Of a stretch of 64,000 nucleotides of DNA, positions 10,427 to 23,526 are shown piece after piece. This DNA is from an uncultured bacterium. Lineage in GTDB: Bacteria > Pseudomonadota > Gammaproteobacteria > Burkholderiales > JACQAP01. Below the pieces are notes generated by a model. It saw only the letters and a list, made by a program, of their open reading frames with translations, was not told where the DNA came from and did no database searches. The position numbers were made by a program, and so were the translations under genes. The stretch's first letter is position 1. Every line of letters begins with the position of its first letter. The stretch covers positions 2,696 through 66,695 of the forward strand of contig CBDDRM010000176.1 of the NCBI GenBank assembly GCA_965233135.1, read 5' to 3'.

Positions 10427-11356
10427 CTACGCGCTGCGCCGGGGCGACCAGCGGCCCTGCGCCACCAGAGCATCGACATGCTTGCGGACAAACCCGACCA
10501 GCGCCCGCGCCGCCTTGGTTACGGGCCGCTGGGTTGACGTCGCCACCACGAGCGACCGGGTCATGCGCGGTTCGACGATCGTCCATTTCCTGATGCGGCC
10601 GGATTCAATCTGCTGATGCGCGCTCGAGTAGGACAGAACGGTGTAGCCAACGCCGCTTTCCACCAGGCTCAAGGTGGAAGGCATGGCGTCCATCTCGACT
10701 TGCACGTTGGGCGCGACACCAATTCCCGCCAGGAAATCATCCACCAGTACACGCAGACCGTGCGGCCGGCTTGGCAGGATCAGCGGAATGCTGCCGAGCC
10801 GTTCCGCGCGCACCGATGCGTCCCCTGCACCGGCGGGGTCCGCGACTGGCCCGAGCAGAAATAATTCGTCGGTCAATAAGGGCGCGGTGACCAGCGCGCT
10901 GGTGCGCGGCGCGTTATACAACACGGCGACGTCGATGCGCCCGGTCGTCAGCCACTCCAGGACGTGGCCGCTGAATCCCTCCATGACACCCAGAGCAACC
11001 ATCGGAAATTCCGCGCGAAATTGGCGCACGAGCGGCGCGGTCAGCACCGCGCCGACCGATGGTGGCATGCCGATGACCACACGACCGGCCGGCGCCGAAC
11101 CCAGCGCGCGAATCGCCCGGTGCGCGCCAGCGGTGGTTTCGAGCACGCCACGCGCATGTTGTTCGAGAATCTTGCCGGCTTCGCTCAACACGATGCCGCG
11201 CCCGGTACGGTAGTAAAGTTCCGTACCCAGTTCCTGTTCCAGCGCTTTCATCTGGCGGCTCAGGACAGGCTGACCGACGCACAGGCGCACGGCTGCGCGC
11301 GAGAACGCGCCGGTCTCGGCGATGGCGATGAAATATTCGAGTTGCCGCAGTTCCAT
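10427..11356 (-). CDS. LysR-family transcriptional regulator (Nac/TcuR-like)
   Basis: MELRQLEYF HTH, QPVLSRQMKALEQELG; likely start 11356 rather than the 601-aa ORF start. Confidence 0.92.
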   Translation of the reverse strand: MELRQLEYFIAIAETGAFSRAAVRLCVGQPVLSRQMKALEQELGTELYYRTGRGIVLSEAGKILEQHARGVLETTAGAHRAIRALGSAPAGRVVIGMPPSVGAVLTAPLVRQFRAEFPMVALGVMEGFSGHVLEWLTTGRIDVAVLYNAPRTSALVTAPLLTDELFLLGPVADPAGAGDASVRAERLGSIPLILPSRPHGLRVLVDDFLAGIGVAPNVQVEMDAMPSTLSLVESGVGYTVLSYSSAHQQIESGRIRKWTIVEPRMTRSLVVATSTQRPVTKAARALVGFVRKHVDALVAQGRWSPRRSA

Positions 11357-11497
11357 GGCGCGTAAGGTTGGATCGATGTAAGCCGCGTCATCAGTGGACC
11401 GCGGCGAATGCGAAGGAGGGACATCGCGCGAACGCTCGATGGTTATTTTACTCCCGTGGCAGCGCCGGTCCGTTGCCGATGGTGGAAAGGATGACGA

Positions 11498-12235
11498 GTG
11501 TTGCATCTGGATCTGCTGGCAGTGCTGGCCCTGGGTATCGCGGCCGGCACCCTCGGAGGAATCATCGGCTTCGGCTCGTCGATCATGTTGATGCCGGTGC
11601 TGGTGATCCTGTACGGGCCGCGGGAGGCCGTGCCGATCATGGCGGTGGCGGCATTGCTCGCGAACGCATCGCGCGTGCTGGTGTGGTGGCGGGAGGTGGA
11701 CTGGCGAGCATTTGCGGCGTATTCGGCGACCGGCGTACCGGCGGCAGCGCTGGGGGCTTCCACACTTCTGATGATTCCCCAGCGCTGGATCGAAATTGCC
11801 ATGGGCGTTTTTTTCCTGTCCGTAATTCCCGTGCGCCGCTGGCTTGCCAGGCACGATATGCGCATCAACCTCTGGCAACTGGCATTGGCCGGGGCGCTGG
11901 TTGGCTACATGACCGGCATCGTGGTGTCGACCGGGCCGATCAACGCGCCGTTCTTTCTGGCATTTGGCCTGGTCAAGGGCGCCTACATCGGCACCGAAGC
12001 GCTGGGGTCGCTCGCGGTATATGTCAGCAAGACGCTCGTTTTCCGCGGTTTCGGCGCGCTTCCCTGGGACATCGTCTCCAAGGGCGTGATCATCGGCAGT
12101 TCGCTGATGGTAGGGTCTGTCGTCGCAAAAAGCCTTGTGCTCAAACTTGAAGCGGAGCAGTTCCGCATGCTGATCGAAGGTCTGCTGCTGATATCCGGCT
12201 TGACCATGCTCGGCGCCGCAATATTCGGCCACTGA
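11498..12235 (+). CDS. TauE/SafE family sulfite exporter-like membrane protein
   Basis: AGTLGGIIGFGSSIMLMP and a second-half GYMTGIVVSTGP repeat; about 8 TM helices. Confidence 0.85.
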   Translation: MLHLDLLAVLALGIAAGTLGGIIGFGSSIMLMPVLVILYGPREAVPIMAVAALLANASRVLVWWREVDWRAFAAYSATGVPAAALGASTLLMIPQRWIEIAMGVFFLSVIPVRRWLARHDMRINLWQLALAGALVGYMTGIVVSTGPINAPFFLAFGLVKGAYIGTEALGSLAVYVSKTLVFRGFGALPWDIVSKGVIIGSSLMVGSVVAKSLVLKLEAEQFRMLIEGLLLISGLTMLGAAIFGH

Positions 12236-12330
12236 ACGGCCGGTGGGCGATTATCCTGAAGGCTCCGTGGCGCAGATCATGCCGCGATCATGGTCAAACA
12301 GCAGACGCGATTCAATCCAGGCGAAAGGCT

Positions 12331-13185
12331 TCAGGCGTCAAAGAAGGCGAGGAATTCCCGCGCCAGCACGTCGGGTTGTTCCTCGGGCACGAAATGGCCG
12401 GCGTCACGGATGACGCCCCCGCGCACTTTCAAGGCGACGCGCCGCAGCGATTCGACCACTTCCATGCGCCGCCCCCAACTCTCGGCGCCCCCCAGCGCCA
12501 GCACCGGCATCGGCAGCTTGAAACGCCGGATCAGTTCGGCATTGCAGGCGATATCGTTGGGGATGTTGCGGTAATACTCGAACCCGGCGCGCATTGCGCC
12601 CGGCTGCGTGTAACAGCGCAGATACTCCCTGATCGATTCGTCACCGATGGCGTCCGGCCGCGCTGCGAAATTGCGGTAGAACCATCCCAGGTAGACGTCT
12701 TCGCGCCCCTGAATGAGCTCTTCGGGCATGTGCGGCGTCTGGTGAAACGCGTGATGCCAGCGCTTGCCCCCCTGGCTGATGTCGGGGCTGCCGTCTCCGG
12801 GAATGGTGACATCCACGATCGCGAGTTTCTTGACTGCCTCTGGATGATGGGCGGCCAGTGCATACGCCACCGGCCCGCCCCAATCATGCCCCGCGAGATA
12901 GAACGCGTCGAGGCCCAGCGTCTGATTGAGCAATTCCCACAAGTCGGCGGCGATGGTTTTCTTGTCGTAGCCGGTGGCGGGCCTGGACGTGTCGCCCAGG
13001 CCGCGCAAGTCCGGGGCAATGATCTGGAAGGATCTGTTCAGACGGGGGATCACCTTGCGCCACTCGTACCAGGTCTGGGGCCAGCCGTGCAAAAGCACCA
13101 GGGGATAGCCCTGTCCGGAGGTGACATAGTGCATGCGAACTTCCGAAAGGTCGGCGTAGTGGTGGTGTACGTCGGTTGCAGGCAT
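12331..13185 (-). CDS. Alpha/beta hydrolase (epoxide hydrolase/haloacetate dehalogenase-like)
   Basis: LLHGWPQ, APDLRGLG, GHDWGG (Asp nucleophile), GHFVPEEQP. Confidence 0.9.
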   Translation of the reverse strand: MPATDVHHHYADLSEVRMHYVTSGQGYPLVLLHGWPQTWYEWRKVIPRLNRSFQIIAPDLRGLGDTSRPATGYDKKTIAADLWELLNQTLGLDAFYLAGHDWGGPVAYALAAHHPEAVKKLAIVDVTIPGDGSPDISQGGKRWHHAFHQTPHMPEELIQGREDVYLGWFYRNFAARPDAIGDESIREYLRCYTQPGAMRAGFEYYRNIPNDIACNAELIRRFKLPMPVLALGGAESWGRRMEVVESLRRVALKVRGGVIRDAGHFVPEEQPDVLAREFLAFFDA

Positions 13186-13222
13186 TGGGCGTGTTCTCGC
13201 GTTGTCAGAACGACACCGAGCT

Positions 13223-13969
13223 TTATTGCACCTGAGGCGCCGGGGCAGCCGCCAGCCGCGCGGCGAACAGCGGATACGTTTCCGCGATATCCGCGCGTAC
13301 GCGGCCGCGAATGGCGGCCAATGTAACGGCGTCAGGGCCCGGCGTGGGCGGCACAAGCGCCGGGCAGTCGAACTCGAATCCAGTCTGGTCGCGGATCTCT
13401 TCGACGCTGTGTCCGGGATGCACGCTGTCGAGCCGGAAGCGGCGGCGGTTGCGGTCGAAAGCAAACAACCCCAGCCCCGTGAGCAATGCGTAGGGACCCC
13501 CTGGCCGATGCACGCCGGGGTCGCTGACACCCGGCGCGCTGATGAAGTCCACTTTTGGCACCATCACGCGGCGCGTGTGTTCTTCGCGAAACAGGATGAC
13601 CCGAGGCACCAGAAAATACAGATAGGCCGAGCCGAAGGATCCCGGCCAGCGCACCGGCGTGGCCGGATAATCTCCGGTGCCGACCAGATTGATATTCGCC
13701 TGGCCATCGATCTGCCCGCCGCCGAGAAAGAACGCATCGATACGCCCCTGCGCGGCGAGATCGAACAGTTCTACACCGCCGCTGGTGAAAAAACTGTGGC
13801 GTCGCGAACCGAGCACGGTCACGCGCATCGCTGCGGCGGATTGCGCGCGCGCAAGCAGGGCGCCGGCGCCGGGAACGGGCGAGGACGCGCCGACTGCCAC
13901 ATGCGCGCAGCCGCGAAGCAGGCGGGCGATCACGCAAATCAGAAGTTCAGTCGGGCTGTATTCGTTCAA
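13223..13969 (-). CDS. CoA-transferase beta subunit (glutaconate CoA-transferase GctB/CatJ-like)
   Basis: FFLGGGQIDGQANIN, PGSFGS, KVDFISAPG, HPG, QTGF; TTG start overlaps the alpha-subunit stop. Confidence 0.85.
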   Translation of the reverse strand: MNEYSPTELLICVIARLLRGCAHVAVGASSPVPGAGALLARAQSAAAMRVTVLGSRRHSFFTSGGVELFDLAAQGRIDAFFLGGGQIDGQANINLVGTGDYPATPVRWPGSFGSAYLYFLVPRVILFREEHTRRVMVPKVDFISAPGVSDPGVHRPGGPYALLTGLGLFAFDRNRRRFRLDSVHPGHSVEEIRDQTGFEFDCPALVPPTPGPDAVTLAAIRGRVRADIAETYPLFAARLAAAPAPQVQ

Positions 13970-14790
13970 GCGGCGGCCCGCCCGGCACGATCCCACTCGG
14001 CGAGGCACTGCGCGTGCCCGTCCGCGCCGGGCGCGAGCGCCAGATAGCGGCCGATCGCGGCATCATCCTGCGCATACACATCGGCAAATGCCAGGGGCCA
14101 GGCGCCGTGTTTCGCCACGGCAATGGCCGAGACGTAAATCGAAGGCAACACCGCGCCACCGCGCGCCGGATCCTCCAGCAGATCGAACTTCACGATTTCC
14201 TCAACGGTAACCAAAGTGGTTTTCGCGGCATGCGCCATCAGCAGTACTTCGCGTTCCTTGCCGATGAATACATTGCCGTGGCGGTCGGCGCAGCGCGCAT
14301 GAAACAGCGCCACGTCCGGGCGGATCGCAGGCAGGGCGACGATGGCATCGCCGGCGGCGAAAGGATTTTCGATGACTTTCCAGTCGGGGCGATGGCGCAG
14401 CACGTCGCTGCCGATGAGACCGCGCAGTGGAATGAAAGGCAGGCCTTTCTCGGCGGCTTGCAAGGCCGCGTAAATGGCAGGACAGGTTGCGTCCTTGAGG
14501 CGTATCGATCCGTGGCGCACGGCCGCGGTAAAGCACGGCGCGGCGCCGAATTCCCCCAGGCTCACGGCCGAGGTTTCCAGTGTCGCGACGGCTCCGGCGC
14601 CGATCAGTAAATCGGCCTGCAGTCCGCTGGTTGGCACGCACAACAGGTGCAGATCGCGCACGCCGCGGCGCACGAGCGCGCGAGTGGCTGCCATTGCCAC
14701 GCCCGATGTATCCTTGGGAACGGCAAGGAGCGCCGCGTCGGCGATCATTCCTGCCAGAACGTCGAGTGAGGTCGGAGACTCTGCGCTCAT
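13966..14790 (-). CDS. CoA-transferase alpha subunit (GctA/CatI-like)
   Basis: DLLIGAG, AAEKGLPFIPLRGLIGSD, PAIRPDVALFHA-x2-ADRHGN, TVEEIV. Confidence 0.85.
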   Translation of the reverse strand: MSAESPTSLDVLAGMIADAALLAVPKDTSGVAMAATRALVRRGVRDLHLLCVPTSGLQADLLIGAGAVATLETSAVSLGEFGAAPCFTAAVRHGSIRLKDATCPAIYAALQAAEKGLPFIPLRGLIGSDVLRHRPDWKVIENPFAAGDAIVALPAIRPDVALFHARCADRHGNVFIGKEREVLLMAHAAKTTLVTVEEIVKFDLLEDPARGGAVLPSIYVSAIAVAKHGAWPLAFADVYAQDDAAIGRYLALAPGADGHAQCLAEWDRAGRAAA

Positions 14791-14871
14791 GAGGGGGCTG
14801 TCCGGATGCTGGTCAGGCAAATATTATGGCGCGTAAAGAGCTGGGGCGTCTAACGATCGGCGCAGGTGAGG

Positions 14872-15429
14872 TTACCGCGGCCGCGATTTCGATGCCATGA
14901 TCATGTGCGGATCCAGCTGTACGGACGCGCGTTCGTCCGCCACCCACACCTGCCCATCCTGGATCGTGACCTGCAATTGCATTGTGCGCTGGGCGAGTGA
15001 CGCGAGTGCGCGAGTGCCGGCCTGCGGCAGATCGATGACGGCAAGATTATTCGATCTCGCGAGATTGCCGGCAACCTGCTGCCACCACAGCTGCACGGCG
15101 TGTCCGCCGTAGGTATAGACGGTCACCGATCCGGCGCGCCCGCAGGCTTTGCGGATGCGTTTTTCGTCCGGCAGGCCGACGTCGATCCACGATTCGATGT
15201 TGCCGGTGAGGTCCTTGCGCCACAGATCGGGTTGGTCATCGGTGCTCAGGCCGGCACCGAACGCGAGCGCCTCGTCGGCATTCAGTGCGAAAGCGAGCAG
15301 GCGTACCATCATGCGCTCGTCGGTTTCTGACGGATGGCGGGCGACGGTGAGTGCGTGATCGTGGTAATAGCCGCGTTCCATGTCGGCAATGTGCAACTCG
15401 GCTTTGAATATGGTTGCCTTGAGGGCCAT
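14872..15429 (-). CDS. yaeQ: YaeQ family protein
   Basis: MALKATIFKAEL, ARHPSETDERMMVRLLAFAL, PDLW, WIDVGLPDEKRIRKACGRA. Confidence 0.93.
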   Translation of the reverse strand: MALKATIFKAELHIADMERGYYHDHALTVARHPSETDERMMVRLLAFALNADEALAFGAGLSTDDQPDLWRKDLTGNIESWIDVGLPDEKRIRKACGRAGSVTVYTYGGHAVQLWWQQVAGNLARSNNLAVIDLPQAGTRALASLAQRTMQLQVTIQDGQVWVADERASVQLDPHMIMASKSRPR

Positions 15430-15549
15430 GTAAGATAGTCCCGCAGTCAATCGAGTGCGGTACTTTCCCAGAAAGTGCGTGCCGCGTCGAACTGCCGGTT
15501 GAATTCGCCGCGGCGTTGACATGACACGCCCGGCAAGAAGGAGATCCTT

Positions 15550-15918
15550 GTGCAGCCGCGTATCCCGATGATCGTATTCATGCTGGTATTGATTTCGATG
15601 CCGCGCGGCGTGCAGGCCGACGAGGAGAGCGAACTGGCGCGCCTGCGCGCGGAAATTACCACGCTGGTCGGCGCTGCCCGTTGCGCCAATCTGGTCAACT
15701 GCCGCGTAGCCGCCCTGGGCACGACCGCCTGCGGCGCAGCCGAGTACGTCGCCTATTCATGGCTGTCGACGGATGAGGATGCTCTGCGGACCAGGATCGC
15801 CGAGTACAACCTCGTATATGAAGATGTGCAGGCTCGTCAGCCCGCCGCCGCGCCGGCCTGTTCTGCGCGCGATGCGCCGGTCGCGGCTTGCGTCAATGGC
15901 CGCTGTGTCCTGCCGTAA
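15550..15918 (+). CDS. Small secreted cysteine-rich hypothetical protein
   Basis: AAGGAG RBS, signal peptide, six Cys (CANLVNC, ACG, ACS, ACVNGRC). Confidence 0.7.
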   Translation: MQPRIPMIVFMLVLISMPRGVQADEESELARLRAEITTLVGAARCANLVNCRVAALGTTACGAAEYVAYSWLSTDEDALRTRIAEYNLVYEDVQARQPAAAPACSARDAPVAACVNGRCVLP

Positions 15919-15970
15919 AAATGAGCGCTGTTCGGCGTCGTCCGGCGTGCCAATAACAAGACTCGGCCTG

Positions 15971-16915
15971 GTGAACAAAGTCGGACCGCACCGACCCCTC
16001 GACCGCCAATCGCACACGCAGCGCCCAAGACGGGCACTCGGCGCAGCAACGCTGGTTGCCGCAGGGGGCATCGCCTTTGCGCATACCCTGGACGAATCCC
16101 CCGCGCAGACGTGGGATCTGCACTGGTCGCTCGAGCCGTGGGTGTTGCTCTGTCTTGCGTCGAGCGCCGCGATGTATGGGCTGGGTCTCATGCGGCTATG
16201 GAGCCATACCGATGCGGGCCGGGGTGTGCGGCCCTTGCAGGCGGCGGCTTTCGGTTTGGGCTGGCTGGTCCTCGTGGCAGCGCTGGTCAGTCCCCTCGAC
16301 ACGCTCGGTGGCCGGTTGTTCTTGGGCCACATGATTCAGCATGAACTGCTGATGATCGTCGCCGCGCCGCTACTGGTGCTGGGTCGGCCGCTTGCCGCAT
16401 GGGCCTGGGCGCTGCCGCCGTCCTGGCGTGGCGCGGCCGGTGCGTTCTTTCACGCGCCGGCGTGGCGCACCCCCTGGCTCGTGTTGAGCGGGCCCGTCGC
16501 TGCCTGGGTAGCGCATGCGGTCGCGCTATGGGGCTGGCATGTGCCCGCCCTGTTCGACGCCGCACTACGAAGCGAGGCGCTGCACGCCTGGCAGCACATC
16601 ACGTTCCTGCTGACGGCATTGCTGTTCTGGTGGAGCATCCTCGGTGCCGTGCGCCGCGCGGAGCAAGGCGTCGCGTTGATCTCGCTATTTACGACCATGG
16701 TTCATACCACGGTGCTCGGCGCGCTGCTGACGATGTCGCCTACGCTCTGGTACCAGAGTTACGTCGCGACCGCGCCGGCATACGGACTCACCGCCATCGA
16801 GGACCAACAGCTCGGCGGCCTGGTGATGTGGGTTCCCGCCGGACTGGTGTACGTGATCGCGGGTCTGACTTTCGCGGCGCGCTGGCTGGGGCGCTCCGAA
16901 AGGCGCTTGTCGTGA
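15971..16915 (+). CDS. ctaG: Cytochrome c oxidase assembly factor CtaG family
   Basis: SPLD, HMIQHELLMIVAAPLLVLG, WHVP, EDQQLGGLVMWVP; start uncertain. Confidence 0.85.
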   Translation: MNKVGPHRPLDRQSHTQRPRRALGAATLVAAGGIAFAHTLDESPAQTWDLHWSLEPWVLLCLASSAAMYGLGLMRLWSHTDAGRGVRPLQAAAFGLGWLVLVAALVSPLDTLGGRLFLGHMIQHELLMIVAAPLLVLGRPLAAWAWALPPSWRGAAGAFFHAPAWRTPWLVLSGPVAAWVAHAVALWGWHVPALFDAALRSEALHAWQHITFLLTALLFWWSILGAVRRAEQGVALISLFTTMVHTTVLGALLTMSPTLWYQSYVATAPAYGLTAIEDQQLGGLVMWVPAGLVYVIAGLTFAARWLGRSERRLS

Positions 16916-16933
16916 CGGCATGGACTGCGCACG

Positions 16934-16966
16934 AAAAAAAAGCCCGGGCCGTGACACGACCCGGGC
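16934..16966 (-). terminator. Intrinsic terminator downstream of hppA
   Basis: gcccggg/cccgggc stem followed by a U-tract on the minus strand. Confidence 0.7.
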
Positions 16967-16990
16967 AGTCCTGTTGTGCGGGATGAGTGC

Positions 16991-19045
<2,055 letters not shown>

Positions 19046-19088
19046 GACTCCCCCTTTATCGATATCAATTCAATACTGAGCCGAAACA

Positions 19089-19163
19089 AGGCCGGCCCCA
19101 AACCCGATTCAAGACCGCCCGGTTGGTTGCGGACGGCACCCTGCCAGCAAAGCTGGCCGGCAA
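19089..19163 (-). ncRNA. Putative structured 5' leader of hppA, resembling an nhaA-I (Li+/Na+) riboswitch-like motif
   Basis: Minus strand reads GGGUG-ccguccg(loop)cgggcgg-UCUUGAAUCGGGUUUG-GGGCCG, closed by gccggcc/ggccggc pairing; lies downstream of a TAGAAT -10 box at 19175-19180. Confidence 0.45.
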
Positions 19164-19211
19164 GTTAGCGCGCGATTCTAACCGACTTCCCGAAGTAAAA
19201 CCGGTTTGTGC

Positions 19212-20471
19212 TCAAAGCTTGAATTCGGGCAGTTTGCGCGTGACCGGAGCGTTCTTGAGGGTCACGTACTGAGGCAAGCCGTTTTTGAATGGTGGATAGT
19301 CCTCGCCTTGAATCAGCGGGGTCAGATACTGGCGGCACTTGGCTGAAATTCCATACCCGTCCGGGGAAATGAAATCTCGAGGCAGTTTTTTCTCGACATT
19401 GGCCACATGTTCCAGTTTCGCCTCGCCCACGGCCCACTTGTAAGGCTTGTTCGACTTGCGCACGATCGTCGGCATGACGGCATTGCGTCCCTTGAGCGCC
19501 AGTTCGACGGCCGCTTTGCCCACGGCGTAGGCCTGGGCGACGTCGGTCTTCGATGCGATATGCCGCGCCGAGCGCTGCAGATAATCGGCTACCGCCCAGT
19601 GATACTTCAACTTGAGAGCGTCCTTGACGATGCCGGCGACCACTGGGGCGACGCCGCCCAGCTGGGCATGTCCGAACGCGTCGCGCAGGCCCTGATCCGC
19701 CAGAAAATTGCCCTGCGCATCGCGCACGCCTTCCGAGACGACGATCGAGCAGTAGCCGGAGCGTTTCACCATGGTTTCGACCCGCGCCAGAAAATCGGCC
19801 TTGTCGAACGGAATTTCCGGAAACAGGATCATGACGGGCAGCTCGCTGGTTTCGTCCGATGCCAGGCCGCCTGCCGCAGCGATCCAGCCTGCGTGGCGCC
19901 CCATGACTTCGAGGATGAACACCTTGGTCGACGTCTTGGCCATCGAGGCGACGTCGAAACTCGCTTCGCGTGTGGAAACCGCTACGTATTTCGCAACCGA
20001 GCCAAAGCCGGGGCAGCAATCCGTGATCGGCAGATCATTGTCCACCGTCTTGGGCACATGAATGGCCTGGAGCGGGTAGCCCATGGATTCCGACAACCGC
20101 GAAACCTTCAGGCAGGTATCAGCGGAGTCTCCGCCGCCGTTATAAAAAAAGTAGCCGATGTTGTGCGCCTTGAAAACGGCAATGAGCCGCTCGTACTGTG
20201 CGCGGTTTTCGTCCAGGCCCTTCAATTTGAACCGGCAGGAACCAAAGGCGCCGGCCGGCGTGTGGCGCAGCCCGGCAACGGCCTTGGCGGATTCGCGCGA
20301 GGTATCGATAAGATCCTCGGTGAGGGCGCCGATGATGCCGTGGCGTCCGGCGAAAACCTTGCCGATCTTTGACTTATTCTTGCGGGCGGTCTCGATCACG
20401 CCCGCTGCAGAGGCGTTGATCACCGCGGTGACGCCGCCGGATTGCGCGTAAAAAGCATTCAGTTTGGGCAT
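19212..20471 (-). CDS. pfp: Pyrophosphate-dependent 6-phosphofructokinase
   Basis: QSGGVTAVIN, GGGDS (Asp typical of PPi use), PKTVDND, EVMGRHAGW. Confidence 0.92.
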   Translation of the reverse strand: MPKLNAFYAQSGGVTAVINASAAGVIETARKNKSKIGKVFAGRHGIIGALTEDLIDTSRESAKAVAGLRHTPAGAFGSCRFKLKGLDENRAQYERLIAVFKAHNIGYFFYNGGGDSADTCLKVSRLSESMGYPLQAIHVPKTVDNDLPITDCCPGFGSVAKYVAVSTREASFDVASMAKTSTKVFILEVMGRHAGWIAAAGGLASDETSELPVMILFPEIPFDKADFLARVETMVKRSGYCSIVVSEGVRDAQGNFLADQGLRDAFGHAQLGGVAPVVAGIVKDALKLKYHWAVADYLQRSARHIASKTDVAQAYAVGKAAVELALKGRNAVMPTIVRKSNKPYKWAVGEAKLEHVANVEKKLPRDFISPDGYGISAKCRQYLTPLIQGEDYPPFKNGLPQYVTLKNAPVTRKLPEFKL

Positions 20472-20632
20472 TTCTCTCCTCCTTGTTGCGGGCCGCTTGG
20501 TCAGGAAGATTCATTCACGTCCCTGGCCGAGCATTCCAGCGCGGCGGGCCTCTAACCTGTCCCGGCCTGCTCTTGTCTGCGCTTTGCCGGCGCTTGCGTA
20601 ACGGTGTGCAGCTACCTGGTGTATTGATGAAA

Positions 20633-22137
<1,505 letters not shown>

Positions 22138-22143
22138 GAGGGG

Positions 22144-22287
22144 CGGTGAACGGTAATCGGTGAACGGTAATCGGTGAAGTGATCGAAGATCAAGCGATGG
22201 ATGGACTGTCGGGGCAGGTCTTACTGTTCAGTGTTCACTGTTCACCGATCACTGTTTACTGTTCACCGATCACCGTTCACCGTTCAC
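22144..22287. repeat. Inverted arrays of 7-bp repeats filling the ycaR-kdsB junction
   Basis: Left arm ggtgaac/ggtaatc units at 22144-22185; right arm gttcacc/gttcact/gatcacc units at 22221-22287; the arms are complementary. Confidence 0.8.
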
Positions 22288-22467
22288 TCAAATTTCCTCC
22301 TCCGGAGGAAGCTTGCGCGCTTCGTCTTCGAGCATGACCGGTATCTCGTCACGGATCGGATAGGCAAGCCGGCAAGCTTTGCACAAAAATTCCTTCTCGG
22401 CCTTTTTGTACAGCAGCGGACCCTTGCACGAGGGGCACACCAGGATATCGAGCAGTTTAGGATCCAT
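22288..22467 (-). CDS. ycaR: Trm112 family protein YcaR (59 aa; absent from the ORF track)
   Basis: Hand translation [59 protein letters not shown]; canonical position between lpxK and kdsB. Confidence 0.93.
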   Translation of the reverse strand: MDPKLLDILVCPSCKGPLLYKKAEKEFLCKACRLAYPIRDEIPVMLEDEARKLPPEEEI

Positions 22468-23500
22468 GCCGGGTTTTCATTTTTTCCAGGATGAGGTTGC
22501 CCAGGGCAGTGTCAACGCGCGCCTCCACCGGCAGCACCCAATGGTTTTCGCGCGCGAACCGCAGGCATTTTATCGCATCCTTCTCGGTCATGATGACCGC
22601 ATCGCTGTCGGTGAACTCGATCTCGGCCGCGCGATAGGCATGGTGATCGGCGAACGCATGCGCGGTAAAACTCAAACCGAGCCGTTGCAAGTGGTCGAAA
22701 AAGCGCCGCGGATGACCGATGCCGGCAATCGCATGCACGCGTTTGCCGTAAAACGCCCCTGCGTCCTGGTGAAAAGCCGGATTGAGCAGGTTGCGAAACT
22801 CCCCGCCTTCCAGTGTCATGCCGAAAGTTGCCGTGCTGGCGGCGGGTGGAATCGCCCCCCCGGTCACGATCACCGCGTCAACGCTCGCGAGCCGGCCTCT
22901 GCTCTCGCGCAACGGCCCGGCGGGCAAGGGAAGTCCATTGCCGGTGCGCCGGCTGCCATCCATTACGGCAATCTCGACATCGCGTCGCAATGCGTAATGC
23001 TGCAGTCCATCATCGCTGACAATGACATTGCAGCGCGGATTGGCGGCAATCAATGCGCGGGCGGCGGCGACCCGGTCGCGTCCGATCCAGACCGGACAGC
23101 GGCTGCGCTGCGCCAGCAGTACCGGCTCGTCACCGACGAGTTCCGGCCGGGAATCTGGCGTCACGGCCATGGTTTGTCCGCGCCCGCCATAGCCGCGACT
23201 GACAATGCCGGGCACCAGCGCGTGGGCCTTCAGGAAATCACACAGCCACAATACCAGCGGCGTCTTGCCGGTACCGCCGACGGCGATATTGCCGACCACG
23301 ATGACGGGCACCGGCAAGGTGTGTGAACGCAATATGCCGGCGCGGTAGAGCGCGCGCCGCGCCGCGACGGTGCAGGCGAACGCCGCCGCGGCGGGCAACA
23401 GCAGCAAGGATAGCCAGGAGAGGCGATACCAGTGACGGTCGGGGAAAGCCAGGCCGGCGTGCGATTGCGTCACCTTGTTGCACGGAATGAGCGGTTGCAT
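22457..23500 (-). CDS. lpxK: Tetraacyldisaccharide 4'-kinase
   Basis: [43 protein letters not shown]; start uncertain. Confidence 0.95.
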   Translation of the reverse strand: MQPLIPCNKVTQSHAGLAFPDRHWYRLSWLSLLLLPAAAAFACTVAARRALYRAGILRSHTLPVPVIVVGNIAVGGTGKTPLVLWLCDFLKAHALVPGIVSRGYGGRGQTMAVTPDSRPELVGDEPVLLAQRSRCPVWIGRDRVAAARALIAANPRCNVIVSDDGLQHYALRRDVEIAVMDGSRRTGNGLPLPAGPLRESRGRLASVDAVIVTGGAIPPAASTATFGMTLEGGEFRNLLNPAFHQDAGAFYGKRVHAIAGIGHPRRFFDHLQRLGLSFTAHAFADHHAYRAAEIEFTDSDAVIMTEKDAIKCLRFARENHWVLPVEARVDTALGNLILEKMKTRHGS

Positions 23501-23526
23501 GGATCGCGCGCTGCCGCCGCCCGGTT

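Noticed and set aside
10427-12232. 601-aa ORF suggesting a LysR fusion protein
   Set aside because: The N-terminal half is the antisense shadow of the TauE gene; the LysR HTH begins at 11356.
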